IMG/VR virus record: IMGVR_UViG_2795385957_000001
Strand: one strand, 5' to 3'
Source: a virus
DNA length: 64,000 nucleotides
Shown in pieces: positions 20,861-29,654 of the stretch. Under the pieces are notes generated by a model. It did no database searches. It had not been told where the DNA came from and saw nothing but the letters and a program-made list of their open reading frames with translations. Each line of letters starts with the position of its first letter. The stretch's first letter is position 1. A program made the translations under genes and the position numbers.

Positions 20861-22159
20861 GAGATACCGGTGCTAGATATTCAAATCATCGCCGACGTCA
20901 TCGGAGAGCATCGAGGCGAGGTCTCATGTGTAGGACCCGAAGCGTGGGAGTCGCGGTGTGATTGCAAGTGGACGAGCGTGTGCTTCTATGACGGCACCGC
21001 CGAGGACGATGCGCAGTGGGCGCATGATTCGCATTTGGCCGATGAAATCCATAGAGCCCTTACCGCAGAGGATGAATGACAGTGACCGACACATTGAATC
21101 GCCAGCTGAACACTCGCGTTAAAGAGCTGCAAGACGAGATAGAAGCATGGGGCCGTAAAGCGGAATGGGCCCTACAGCAGGACGATACGGGCTGGTGGTA
21201 TGACGTACTCCAGGGGCTGGTTAAGCGCGGCAAGCGAATGAACGAAACCGGTCTATGACCATGTGCAGCCCGGCATGCGACTTTCAGTGCTGCGAGCCGA
21301 TAGTGACCGAAGACCTCGAACACTGCAAGACGGGATGGGGCTCCCAGTACTACGAAGCGCAGCAGCGAGAAGTCACCCGTACTCGCCGTCTCGCCTGGGA
21401 ACGCTATATGGCAGAGAACGATCCACCGGAGGATGGGAAACACTGTGAGTAAGGCAAGGGGACGCAAACGAGGTCTACACCGGGGATTCCTGCGAGACTG
21501 GGAATTGGCCTTCTGTATCGCCGTCTATGTCTTGGTCATTGTTGGCGCAAGTGTCGGATTGCTATTCGGTCCCGACGCGGCGCTTTGGTGGTTCCCGCCG
21601 CTCGTCGGCTTCGTGTTCATGCCGTTGATGATCGCAGCGATGTTCGCTCTGGCACGGACCCTTGAGTGGCTTTTTGGGGAATGCTATTGCACCGATTGTC
21701 ATGCGGCAGAGAACGATCCACCGTCGAACGGAGAAGCCTTGTGAGCGAGAAGGAGGACTACGACCGCCTGACGGGTGGCCTACATCCTGAAGAGGTCTGC
21801 GGCGAGGACTGTAGCGGCTGCTGCTCCGAGGATGAGTGGAAGTGATTCGCGTGGACTTAGACGCTCTCGAATCCAGTGTTGGCGCAGAGTATGCAACCCT
21901 CCTTTCGGAGCGCCTGCCGGGAGACCCATTCTGTATCGCTAACTGGTTCGATGGCTCAGGTAGTGCGGATGTCGCCGGTAGTCCACAGTTTCCACGCGAG
22001 CAGTGGGTGAGTGTGCCGAGGTTGAGAACCACGGTTCTCCTAATTGTGCGACGCGCCATTGAGTTGGTCCGCGAGAGGCCAGACGGACCCGAGTCTGATG
22101 CTCTATTCCAACAAGCTGGGCTGCTGTACATCTATGGCGGGAAGGTGCGTACCGCGTGA
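20858..22159 (+). other. Small hypothetical genes (20858-21079, 21076-21258, 21255-21452, 21445-21744 membrane protein, 21836-22159)
   Basis: Coupled ORFs; 21445-21744 has two TM segments. Confidence 0.65.
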
Positions 22160-22830
22160 GCGTCGCTGATTCTTACTTCTTAGATAAGGGCAGTCAACAC
22201 AAGCTCCGTGAAGAGTTGGCCAGCATCCCCCGCATGATCGGGGAGCTGTCTGTCACCCTCACCCGCCAGGCCCGTATCCAGAGGCCGGGGTTGAGTATGT
22301 CCCGACGACCCAAGCCGGAGTCTCAAGTCCCCATCCATATTGGGGCACACAACGCCGCTGACGTACTGCACAACTGCTTGGGTACGTGGGTGAGGCTTGT
22401 GTGTGAACAGCGAGCGATCGTGTGGGATAAGGGCAACGACATCATCACGTTGGCCAAATGGCTGAGAGTCAACATGATCGCCCTAGCCCTCACTGAAGGT
22501 TCAGAAGAAGCCTACGAGGACATCAAAGCCGCTATCGATGAGTGCTGGCGACAGATAGACATCCCCGCCGACGATGACATTGTGATCGACCGAGGGCGAG
22601 TACATGAAGCGAACCGGCTCGTTGTCACAGCCGGTCAGGTGGAGAAGCTGGCCAACAAGATGGGCGCTATCGGCAAGGGACTGAACAAGCGCCGAGTGGA
22701 GACCCTGGCGGCACGGCGGAAGAACCCCCTACGTCCGTGTGCGGTAGATGGGGATGTGAAGTTCTTCCGGTTGGGGGATGTGCTGGACGCCCACCACCGG
22801 TCGGACGAGTCGGGAAAGAAGGCGGGATGA
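22156..22830 (+). CDS. Conserved actinophage protein with C-terminal winged-HTH-like segment, candidate late-gene regulator
   Basis: Ends in FFRLGDVLDAH; lies at the end of the early region. The function is inferred from position. Confidence 0.6.
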   Translation: MSVADSYFLDKGSQHKLREELASIPRMIGELSVTLTRQARIQRPGLSMSRRPKPESQVPIHIGAHNAADVLHNCLGTWVRLVCEQRAIVWDKGNDIITLAKWLRVNMIALALTEGSEEAYEDIKAAIDECWRQIDIPADDDIVIDRGRVHEANRLVVTAGQVEKLANKMGAIGKGLNKRRVETLAARRKNPLRPCAVDGDVKFFRLGDVLDAHHRSDESGKKAG

Positions 22831-22831
22831 G

Positions 22832-23170
22832 ATGCCGATCCATGAGCAAGTCTCGATCCACACCCCTTGGGATGATTCAGAGGTTCGAGTCGACGAGTCT
22901 ATCGCGCAGCTGATCTCAGCCCTATGGGCGGACGGGATGCGAACCAAGTACTCCTGCGAAGGGTTTTTGACGCATGATCCTTCGGGTTATATCGCGTTCC
23001 ATCACCGCAGGCATGCCGTGAGATTCGCGAGGCGTACGCGGGCCGTGGCCGAAGTGTCAGTGGACCCCCCAGGCTTCCTGATCCTGCGCTTCAATCCATG
23101 GTGCGCCGTGCGGTTCAGGGCTGAGGACTTGCACGCAATCACAGAATATTGGGCTAATACTGACGCTTGA
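22832..23170 (+). CDS. Hypothetical protein
   Basis: VDESIAQLI.ALW..G..T..SCEG motif. Confidence 0.65.
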   Translation: MPIHEQVSIHTPWDDSEVRVDESIAQLISALWADGMRTKYSCEGFLTHDPSGYIAFHHRRHAVRFARRTRAVAEVSVDPPGFLILRFNPWCAVRFRAEDLHAITEYWANTDA

Positions 23171-23197
23171 CAGTATTACTGCATGGCGTTAGTATTA
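23155..23197 (+). promoter_or_regulatory. higBA leaderless promoter with two overlapping operators
   Basis: TTGACA(23167)-N17-TAGTAT(23190), ATG at 23203. Inverted repeats TAATACTG-N8-CAGTATTA (23155-23178) and TATTACTG-N8-TAGTATTA (23174-23197). Confidence 0.85.
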
Positions 23198-23202
23198 GTG
23201 AC

Positions 23203-23484
23203 ATGATCCGATCCTTCAAAGACGAAGACTCCCGCAAGGTGTGGGGGCGTCAGTTCGTCAAGAAGATCGGGCCTGAATTATCCCGAGCCGCATACAAGAA
23301 ACTGCTACTGATCGACGCCGCTACTGACATCAACGACCTGCGCATCCCTCCGGGAAACCGGCTGGAGAAACTGGTCGCCGACCGTGAGGGACAGCACAGC
23401 ATCCGCATCAACGATCAATACCGAATCTGCTTCGTATGGAAGGACAACGGAGCTGACGACGTTGAGATCTGTGACTACCACTAA
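23203..23484 (+). CDS. higB: HigB-family (RelE superfamily) toxin
   Basis: MIRSFKD...DLRIPPGNRLEKL..DREGQHSIRINDQYRICFVW...DYH. Confidence 0.93.
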   Translation: MIRSFKDEDSRKVWGRQFVKKIGPELSRAAYKKLLLIDAATDINDLRIPPGNRLEKLVADREGQHSIRINDQYRICFVWKDNGADDVEICDYH

Positions 23485-23485
23485 C

Positions 23486-23566
23486 GCATACACATACGAA
23501 TCTGAATACGCATACGCCACATACGAATAAGCATACGCATACGAATACGCATACGAATACGCTAAG
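23486..23566 (+). repeat. (NNATAC)n hexamer array, read as Tyr-X codons, between higB and higA
   Basis: 12 hexamer units, 10 of them ending in ATAC, with one 3-bp GCC insertion. Confidence 0.9.
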
Positions 23567-23579
23567 TAAAGGACGACTG

Positions 23580-23867
23580 ATGTCCGGTTTCGCACCCATC
23601 CACCCCGGAGAGATCCTGGAGACTGAGTTCCTCGAGCCTCTCAACATCACCCCATACGCCCTAGCCAAGGCGATGCGGGTACCGCAGACCCGTATCGGCG
23701 AGATCCTCAAGGGCCGCCGCGCCATCACTGTAGAGACCGCGCTGCGGCTATCCCGCGCCCTCGGTACTTCTGAGATGTTCTGGGTCAACCTGCAGGCACG
23801 CTTTGACGCCGAGACCGTCAAGGATGCTGAGCATGATGACCTAGACCGTATCCCGGTCCTGGCGTAG
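23580..23867 (+). CDS. higA: HigA-family antitoxin (XRE HTH)
   Basis: PIHPGEIL..EFLEPL.IT...LAKA..VP..RI.EI..G.RAIT..TALRL...FW.NLQ. Confidence 0.95.
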   Translation: MSGFAPIHPGEILETEFLEPLNITPYALAKAMRVPQTRIGEILKGRRAITVETALRLSRALGTSEMFWVNLQARFDAETVKDAEHDDLDRIPVLA

Positions 23868-23879
23868 AAAGGGGATGAA

Positions 23880-24059
23880 ATGAGTCAGTTCGTAAGAGGC
23901 GGAGAATGTCCGAACTGCCGCTCGAACATCTACGGATACGGCGTGGTCAATAACTGCCCCCTCTGTAATGCCAAGGTGATCTGGGATGCTAAGTCCCACC
24001 TACGAGACGACACGCCGCCTCCTATTGACAAAACCGGTGCGCCTCGCTTGGTAAACTGA
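23880..24059 (+). CDS. Small Zn-ribbon protein (59 aa)
   Basis: CPNC...CPLC; RBS AAAGGGG. Confidence 0.55.
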   Translation: MSQFVRGGECPNCRSNIYGYGVVNNCPLCNAKVIWDAKSHLRDDTPPPIDKTGAPRLVN

Positions 24060-24105
24060 CGCCAACGGCGCTTGTATGCGTCAGAACCCAAAACTTCAAA
24101 TCCCC

Positions 24106-24138
24106 ACCCCGATCTCTCGTTAGGTCGGGGTCTTTTTT
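24106..24138 (+). terminator. Intrinsic terminator
   Basis: Stem ACCCCGATCT/AGGTCGGGGT followed by CTTTTTT. Confidence 0.85.
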
Positions 24139-24162
24139 ATGCCCAAACGGAGGTCTCTTTCC

Positions 24163-24822
24163 ATGCCTCTGTCTCGTGTCCGCTGCTGCATCCCCTGTGG
24201 CCGTATCCGCTACGCCCCCTGCTCTACAGGGTGTCGAGTAGATCCCGAGAACGACCCAACAAGCTGGACAGAACAGGTGATCGTGAGCGGTGACAATGAG
24301 CGCGATTAACTGCCTTGGTTGCGGATCGGAAGTGGGGCAAGACGGGGAGTGTCCGCGCCCGGAACACTGCGGAAACTGCCCACCTTGGGACTGTGACGAA
24401 TGCGGCCAGCAGTGCTCGATTAGCACCCCATGTGGGTGCTGGATCTTCTTTGACGGAATGAACCTCGCCGACATCAAGGCGGTACTCGCCGCAGCCGATC
24501 TGAGTGTCAATGTGGAGGTGCCGCCATGCTCGACAGATTCTTCGCAGCCCTAGCCGACGCGATGGCCCCTCTACTCGTGGCCATGTGTGAGCGCATCGCG
24601 AACAGGAAGATCCCTGACGACACCGTGCCGAAGTTCATGGACGGCCTGCTGGATATCGCCCGCGACGGCGTGGACCGCGCTGTCGGTGTGGTGCAGACGT
24701 CCGCTGACGGTATCGCTGGTAGCGCGGAAGCTGAACTAGGCCAACTCGGTTCGGAGATCAGGGGAGTGGTCAAAGCGGCCAACCCCATCGATATTCTCGG
24801 CAGCCTGTTCGGACGGCGCTAG
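24163..24822 (+). other. Three small hypothetical genes (24163-24309, about 24296-24553, 24526-24822)
   Basis: GGAGG RBS before 24163 and 24526; the first two are Cys-rich. Confidence 0.6.
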
Positions 24823-24863
24823 ACACCGCTGATGTCGCTGCACCGCAGTAAAATTGAGGTATG
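24820..24863 (+). promoter_or_regulatory. Conserved stop-to-start element, copy 3
   Basis: TAGACACCGCTGATGTCGCTGCACCGCAGTAAAATTGAGGTATG. Confidence 0.75.
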
Positions 24864-25220
24864 AGCTACCCGAAATATGGGTTATGCCCCGCCCAATTAG
24901 ATGGGCGAGGTGCCGATGGCACACCCTTCTACTTTCGCAGTCGGGGCGGCGCATGGACGCTCCACAAGGGGAACCCGGGCGACCCGGCCAACTATTGCGG
25001 CTGGTCAGGTAAGCACCTAGTAGCGTCCGGCGCTGGCGACGTTGAGGATGGCGACGCTATCGATCAGCTCGTCACTCGGCACATCGGAACCGGCTGGTCG
25101 GGACCGCTGTATGAGACCTATGAAGCCTGCTGCACGCGATGCAAAAAGGTCTTCCAATCGGACGCGACATCGATGTGCATGGACTGCCTGATCGCGGTCG
25201 TCTTGCGCTTCGAGGATTGA
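24861..25220 (+). CDS. Hypothetical protein (moron-like)
   Basis: 119 aa, CPAQLDG...G.PFYFRSR, C-terminal CxxC pairs. Confidence 0.7.
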   Translation: MSYPKYGLCPAQLDGRGADGTPFYFRSRGGAWTLHKGNPGDPANYCGWSGKHLVASGAGDVEDGDAIDQLVTRHIGTGWSGPLYETYEACCTRCKKVFQSDATSMCMDCLIAVVLRFED

Positions 25221-25250
25221 CTTGCCCCTACAGCCTCCCCCGTTCTACTA

Positions 25251-25266
25251 TCGAACACATGTTCGA
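25251..25266. promoter_or_regulatory. LexA (SOS) box
   Basis: TCGAAC-ACAT-GTTCGA, a perfect mycobacterial consensus, next to -10 TACTAT (25246-25251) and covering ATG 25259. Confidence 0.85.
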
Positions 25267-25504
25267 CAAGGTGTCATACCGTATCGAAGGTAATGGACCC
25301 GTCACAGCGGTACTCACCTACCAAAACCGGGAGTACCGGCACACCTCCCGAACCATGTGGCTGGGACACGAAGACGGCATGCCCCAAGGCTCCATCCAAC
25401 TCGACGAGCATGTGTGGGCGCGGCTACAGCGCATCAACGGAACCATAGAAGCCACCATCACCGACTCACAGACTGGTGAAAGCTACACCCTCACGCCTGA
25501 ATAG
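25259..25504 (+). CDS. Hypothetical protein, predicted LexA-regulated and leaderless
   Basis: 81 aa, MFDKVSYRIEGNGPV... Confidence 0.7.
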   Translation: MFDKVSYRIEGNGPVTAVLTYQNREYRHTSRTMWLGHEDGMPQGSIQLDEHVWARLQRINGTIEATITDSQTGESYTLTPE

Positions 25505-25545
25505 ACACCGCGACTTGGTCTGCAGCTCGGTAAAATTGAGGGATG
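25502..25545 (+). promoter_or_regulatory. Conserved stop-to-start element, copy 4
   Basis: TAGACACCGCGACTTGGTCTGCAGCTCGGTAAAATTGAGGGATG. Confidence 0.75.
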
Positions 25546-25821
25546 AGCGATCCTAAAGACGATGCTGCTCAAATCATCTGCAATGAGCGCTGGGGTTACG
25601 ACGGAGAAGTCCATGAGCCCACCAAATGGGACCGGGAGACGGCGAGGGCGGTCCTAAGGCCGATACGGGAGCTACACAAACCCCGTTGGGACAACTGTTA
25701 CAACGCCTGCTGTAGCGGCGCGGAGTGCCCCAAGGCGACGTTGGTTTGCGACCACGATGACGAGTACTGGCCGTGCGCCACAGCACTTCTCATCTACTCC
25801 GGTGAGGAGTTGGAGCGATGA
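25543..25821 (+). CDS. Hypothetical protein, paralogue of 18703-18957 and 19165-19407
   Basis: LRPIRELHKP...WPC.TA..IY..EELER. Confidence 0.75.
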   Translation: MSDPKDDAAQIICNERWGYDGEVHEPTKWDRETARAVLRPIRELHKPRWDNCYNACCSGAECPKATLVCDHDDEYWPCATALLIYSGEELER

Positions 25822-26033
25822 CTGAACCATCCCAAGCCCATATAGACCGGGCACGTGAACTCGGCCTCTCTCTCGATCCTTCTGATACATCGGATGAAGA
25901 GTTAAGCCGAGCTATCGCAACGTATGAGCGGGTTTACATCGAGTCGATGGTCGAGAAGCGCAGTGTTGAGCCCTCGGAGCGTCGCCGCATGTTCGGTCCT
26001 ACGTCGATAGACGACGTACGGAATCCGGGATGA
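25818..26033 (+). CDS. Hypothetical protein
   Basis: 71 aa, ATGA overlap with the upstream gene. Confidence 0.6.
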   Translation: MTEPSQAHIDRARELGLSLDPSDTSDEELSRAIATYERVYIESMVEKRSVEPSERRRMFGPTSIDDVRNPG

Positions 26034-26220
26034 GCGCGGACTACGACGAGGCGAAACGGGAGATCAGATGGCCGTGCAGCACTGCGAGGGTTGCCCCTCG
26101 TGAGGCGATCCAAGGATTGGGAGACCCCCCGAATTCGTAAGCGAGACTTGGGACGGGCGGTCGACCCAACTACCTGTTCTTGCGGGGACGCCGAATGCCC
26201 AGAATGCATGGACTGGCTAG

Positions 26221-26817
26221 ATGACTAGCCTAATCGACACATGCGCGGTATTTGGGTGTGGCATAAAGCGTCGGACGCGCGGTCTATGTCCATCGCATTA
26301 CCAGCGATGGCGCCGACACGGGGATCCACTAGCTGGAGGCCTGCCAGCCGGCGCACCATTTGAGGATAGGTATTGGTCCAAGGTGGATAAGTCGGGCCGC
26401 TGCTGGCTATGGACCGGGGCGAAGAATGATGCCGGATACGGTCAGATCAGCGTGGGCGGGAAGATGGTTTACGCCCACCGCCTCTCCCTGGAGATGTCCA
26501 CGGGGAGCACAATCCCACCCGGGATGGACGTTGACCACATGTGCCATACCCGGCACTGCGTAAACCCTAATCACCTCAGGCTGGCGACGCGTAAGCAGAA
26601 CTTGGAAAATAGGCGGACCGCCAACTCATCATCTAAGTCGGGCATCCGTGGCGTCTCATACTCAATCAGCTCACGTCGTTACCTAAAGCCCTGGCTAGCG
26701 CAGGTCAGGTCAAAGGGGCAGCCGACCTACTCGGGCTATTTCAGCACTAAAGAGGAAGCTGCCGCAGCGGTCGTTTCAGCTCGACTTCGCATGATGACAC
26801 ACAGTCAAGAGGATTAG
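26221..26817 (+). CDS. HNH homing-type endonuclease with AP2-like C-terminus
   Basis: CWLWTG...GYG...AHR...DH.C....CVNP.HL....NLENR, SKSGIRGVS. Confidence 0.9.
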   Translation: MTSLIDTCAVFGCGIKRRTRGLCPSHYQRWRRHGDPLAGGLPAGAPFEDRYWSKVDKSGRCWLWTGAKNDAGYGQISVGGKMVYAHRLSLEMSTGSTIPPGMDVDHMCHTRHCVNPNHLRLATRKQNLENRRTANSSSKSGIRGVSYSISSRRYLKPWLAQVRSKGQPTYSGYFSTKEEAAAAVVSARLRMMTHSQED

Positions 26818-26819
26818 CG

Positions 26820-28094
26820 ATGACCGGGCGTCGTCTCGGGGTAGCGATCACCACCCACAACCGCAGGGATGTTCTCCTCAACGCGTTAACGCATTGGATC
26901 GAGCACACGCCGGCTGATGTGCCGATTGTTGTTGTGGACGACGGCAGTGACGAGCCGCTGTGCCTGGAGGGCTGGCGCGGTATCCCGCTGCATCGAGTTC
27001 CTAGCGTGAGTGTTGTTCGTCATCCACAACCCATGGGTATTGCGGTGGCGAAGAACCGCTGTATCGCCGAGCTTATGGACTTGGGGTGCGACCACCTGTT
27101 TCTCGCTGACGATGATGTGTGGCCCACTGTAGATGAGTGGTGGCAGCCTTACGTTGAGTCGCCGGAACCGCATCTGTCGTTCCAGTGGCCCAGCGGTGGC
27201 CGACACCGCGTCACCTACCAAGACGAGCAGCATTTCGCTATCGGATTCCCCCGCGGGGTTCTCCTGTATGCCGAACGTCGAGTGATCGACGCCGTGGGAG
27301 GCATGGACATCGGATATGGGGCGCACGGCGGCGAACACGTCGACTGGTCGCAGAGAATCCACGACGCAGGGTTGACGCGATGGCCGTTCGCCGATGTCCG
27401 CGGATCACACAACGTGATCTACTCGCGCGACAAAGCCGAGGGAAACCGCACGGGTTCTTCCCGGTTTGAGCTTCCCGAGCGTGCCCGGATGTGTGAGGCG
27501 AACGGAAACCGTTGGGGCCACAAGCACCCAACATGGCCGTACTTTCCCTACCGGGAAGGCGAAGGTGTCCAGGACTACCAGTTAGGCCCATACTTCCCGC
27601 CCGCGGAGCACTATTCGCTGCTGCGGCATGTGGTCGGTTTGAGGCCTTCCGGTGTGGCTTTGGAGTTCGGTGTAGGTAAAGGCGAATCGACCCGCATCAT
27701 CGCCGAGCACATGCCGGTGATTGGGTTCGACAGCTTCACCGGTTTACCCGAGGATTGGCGCGAAGGCTTCCCTAAGGGGTCGTTCGCGCATAAACCACCG
27801 GCCATCAACAACACTCGCCTAGTGATAGGCCGGTACGCCGACACCCTGCCAGGGTTCACGTTCCCTGAGTGTGGTTTGGTGCATATCGACTGTGACCTTT
27901 ACTCGTCCACGGCAACAGCTTTGGAGCACCTACAGCTCAGGCCTGGAACTTATGTCGTTTTTGACGAATGGCACAGCTACGACGGCTGCGAAGACCATGA
28001 AATGAAAGCCTGGCAAGAGTACGCCGACCGCACCGGCATCAACTGGTGTGTGGTGGGGCATTCGCATGAGGCTTGGGCGATTCGGATCACCTAG
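26820..28094 (+). CDS. GT2 glycosyltransferase fused to a class I SAM methyltransferase
   Basis: AITTHNR, VVVDDGSD, FLADDD; C-terminal LEFGVGKGES, GFDSFTGLPE, VHIDCDLYSST, VVFDE. Confidence 0.88.
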   Translation: MTGRRLGVAITTHNRRDVLLNALTHWIEHTPADVPIVVVDDGSDEPLCLEGWRGIPLHRVPSVSVVRHPQPMGIAVAKNRCIAELMDLGCDHLFLADDDVWPTVDEWWQPYVESPEPHLSFQWPSGGRHRVTYQDEQHFAIGFPRGVLLYAERRVIDAVGGMDIGYGAHGGEHVDWSQRIHDAGLTRWPFADVRGSHNVIYSRDKAEGNRTGSSRFELPERARMCEANGNRWGHKHPTWPYFPYREGEGVQDYQLGPYFPPAEHYSLLRHVVGLRPSGVALEFGVGKGESTRIIAEHMPVIGFDSFTGLPEDWREGFPKGSFAHKPPAINNTRLVIGRYADTLPGFTFPECGLVHIDCDLYSSTATALEHLQLRPGTYVVFDEWHSYDGCEDHEMKAWQEYADRTGINWCVVGHSHEAWAIRIT

Positions 28095-28100
28095 GGAGTT

Positions 28101-28922
28101 GTGTTGCGAGTCATCCTCTTCGTGTTCGCAGGCCGCAAAGCCAACATGCAACTTCAAGTCCCGTACATCAAACGCATCCTGGCTGAGCATCCGAACGTCG
28201 AATACCACGTATGGAACCTCGCCCGCGACCCCAATGACGCGGAGTATCTGCAAACCATCACAGGGGAGCGGATCACCGTCCGCAACGACTTCCACGGCGG
28301 ATGCCACTGGACCGGTTTCAACAAGGTGTGGTGGCACTACGCCCAACCCGAGTATCAGGACTGTTTGTTCGTCAAGGTCGACGACGATGACGTGTTCTTT
28401 GAGACCGCGCGCTTCGGCGAATACCTCGAGGCGATAGACAACAACCGGGGAAGTGTTGTCTCCGCGCTGACCGTGAACAACGGCGCCTCAACATGGTTGG
28501 AGCCGCTGATCTGGCGCGGCTTCGAGAACCTGAACATCCCCTTGTTGGATGTGCACATGTCCGGCGACTACGCCCACATGTCACACCTACACTTCCTCAC
28601 CCACTGGCGGGATATGACCGGCCAGCCCAACCAAGTCATCCCGACGACGGATTGGTTGTCGATCAACTGCATCGGACTCGACCACTCCACCCTGAAACGC
28701 ATCGCAGACCTACTGGACACCCCTTCGCCTGCCCATATCGCAGGCAGGGATTGGCCGCCCGGCTTCAATATCGGTGACGAAGGTGCAGCCAACATGCAGC
28801 CCCGAGTCATCCATAGAGGGTTTGTGGTCTCCCACCTATCGTTTGGACCGCAGCAGCTCCCCGACGAAACATGGGACAAGCTGCGCTGGTGCTACGCGAA
28901 GGTCGCAGGGGAGTACCTGTGA
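28101..28922 (+). CDS. Glycosyltransferase-like protein
   Basis: FAGRK, FVKVDDDDVFF (DxD), HLSFGPQ. Confidence 0.75.
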   Translation: MLRVILFVFAGRKANMQLQVPYIKRILAEHPNVEYHVWNLARDPNDAEYLQTITGERITVRNDFHGGCHWTGFNKVWWHYAQPEYQDCLFVKVDDDDVFFETARFGEYLEAIDNNRGSVVSALTVNNGASTWLEPLIWRGFENLNIPLLDVHMSGDYAHMSHLHFLTHWRDMTGQPNQVIPTTDWLSINCIGLDHSTLKRIADLLDTPSPAHIAGRDWPPGFNIGDEGAANMQPRVIHRGFVVSHLSFGPQQLPDETWDKLRWCYAKVAGEYL

Positions 28923-28963
28923 ACACCGCGAAGGCACCTGCGCGGCGGTAAAATTGAAGCATG
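28920..28963 (+). promoter_or_regulatory. Conserved stop-to-start element, copy 5
   Basis: TGAACACCGCGAAGGCACCTGCGCGGCGGTAAAATTGAAGCATG. Confidence 0.75.
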
Positions 28964-29644
28964 TCAGAAGATTCCAAGCGATGGGTAGTGTGGTCGCGCG
29001 GTCCTGGCGGCTCGCTGGATTATGATTTTGAAGATAGTGAAGACGCCGCATTTGAAAACGCGTGGGGCGTAGATGAGTATTCCGAGCGCTCTAACTGGGT
29101 TAGCATCGAACGCCCTGACGGCACGGAAGTTGACCCAGCCGAAGTAGAGCGCTGGATAAAGGCTAAGAACGATGCCAAGCGGTCGTCGGAACCGCCCCTT
29201 CCGCCGAAGCCTCCGGTCGCGATGCTCACCATCCAGCATCTATCCGAAAAGGGTGCGCATAGGGGAGTGCTCTACCAAGTCGACAATGTCGACGCCGAGT
29301 ATCAAGAAGCCCTGCAACAATTCGGCGCAGACAGAGTCAAGCTAGAGATCCTGCCCAAGACCACCCTCGTGTGGGTGGGTAAATATGAACGCCAGCGCCG
29401 CACCAACCTTCAACAGGAGCGGATCAACGAGTCGCGCGAGTGGATGGGCCACCCAATCGAAACGCCAGCACACACGTATGAGGATGTAGTGAGGTGTGAG
29501 GCCAAGTGGCGCGAGGGAGAATTCACCGCCGCCGAAATGACCGAATACTCAGCCGAAGCGCACAAGGCTGTTGTGGTGGGCACCGATAAGACGAGCGTCC
29601 AAGCACTACTCGACGAGCTGGCACAAAGGTTGCGCTCAAACTAA
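28961..29644 (+). CDS. Hypothetical protein inserted into the glycosyltransferase operon
   Basis: 227 aa orphan; the segment is flanked by GTGAACA at 28919 and 29655. Confidence 0.75.
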   Translation: MSEDSKRWVVWSRGPGGSLDYDFEDSEDAAFENAWGVDEYSERSNWVSIERPDGTEVDPAEVERWIKAKNDAKRSSEPPLPPKPPVAMLTIQHLSEKGAHRGVLYQVDNVDAEYQEALQQFGADRVKLEILPKTTLVWVGKYERQRRTNLQQERINESREWMGHPIETPAHTYEDVVRCEAKWREGEFTAAEMTEYSAEAHKAVVVGTDKTSVQALLDELAQRLRSN

Positions 29645-29654
29645 AGGCGGTTGC

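Noticed and set aside
23486..23566. Array as CRISPR or type III antitoxin RNA
   Set aside because: The unit is 6 bp with no spacers, there is no cas or ToxN-like gene, and a protein antitoxin is present.
23305..23595. Minus-strand ORF with YAYS repeats
   Set aside because: It is antisense to higB/higA, has no evident RBS and is the mirror of the hexamer array. The plus-strand reading fits the operon better, though an antisense product is not strictly excluded.
24820..24825. TAGACA of the conserved element as a sigma-A -35 box
   Set aside because: It lies 23-24 nt from the -10 hexamer in the copies, too far for a -35.
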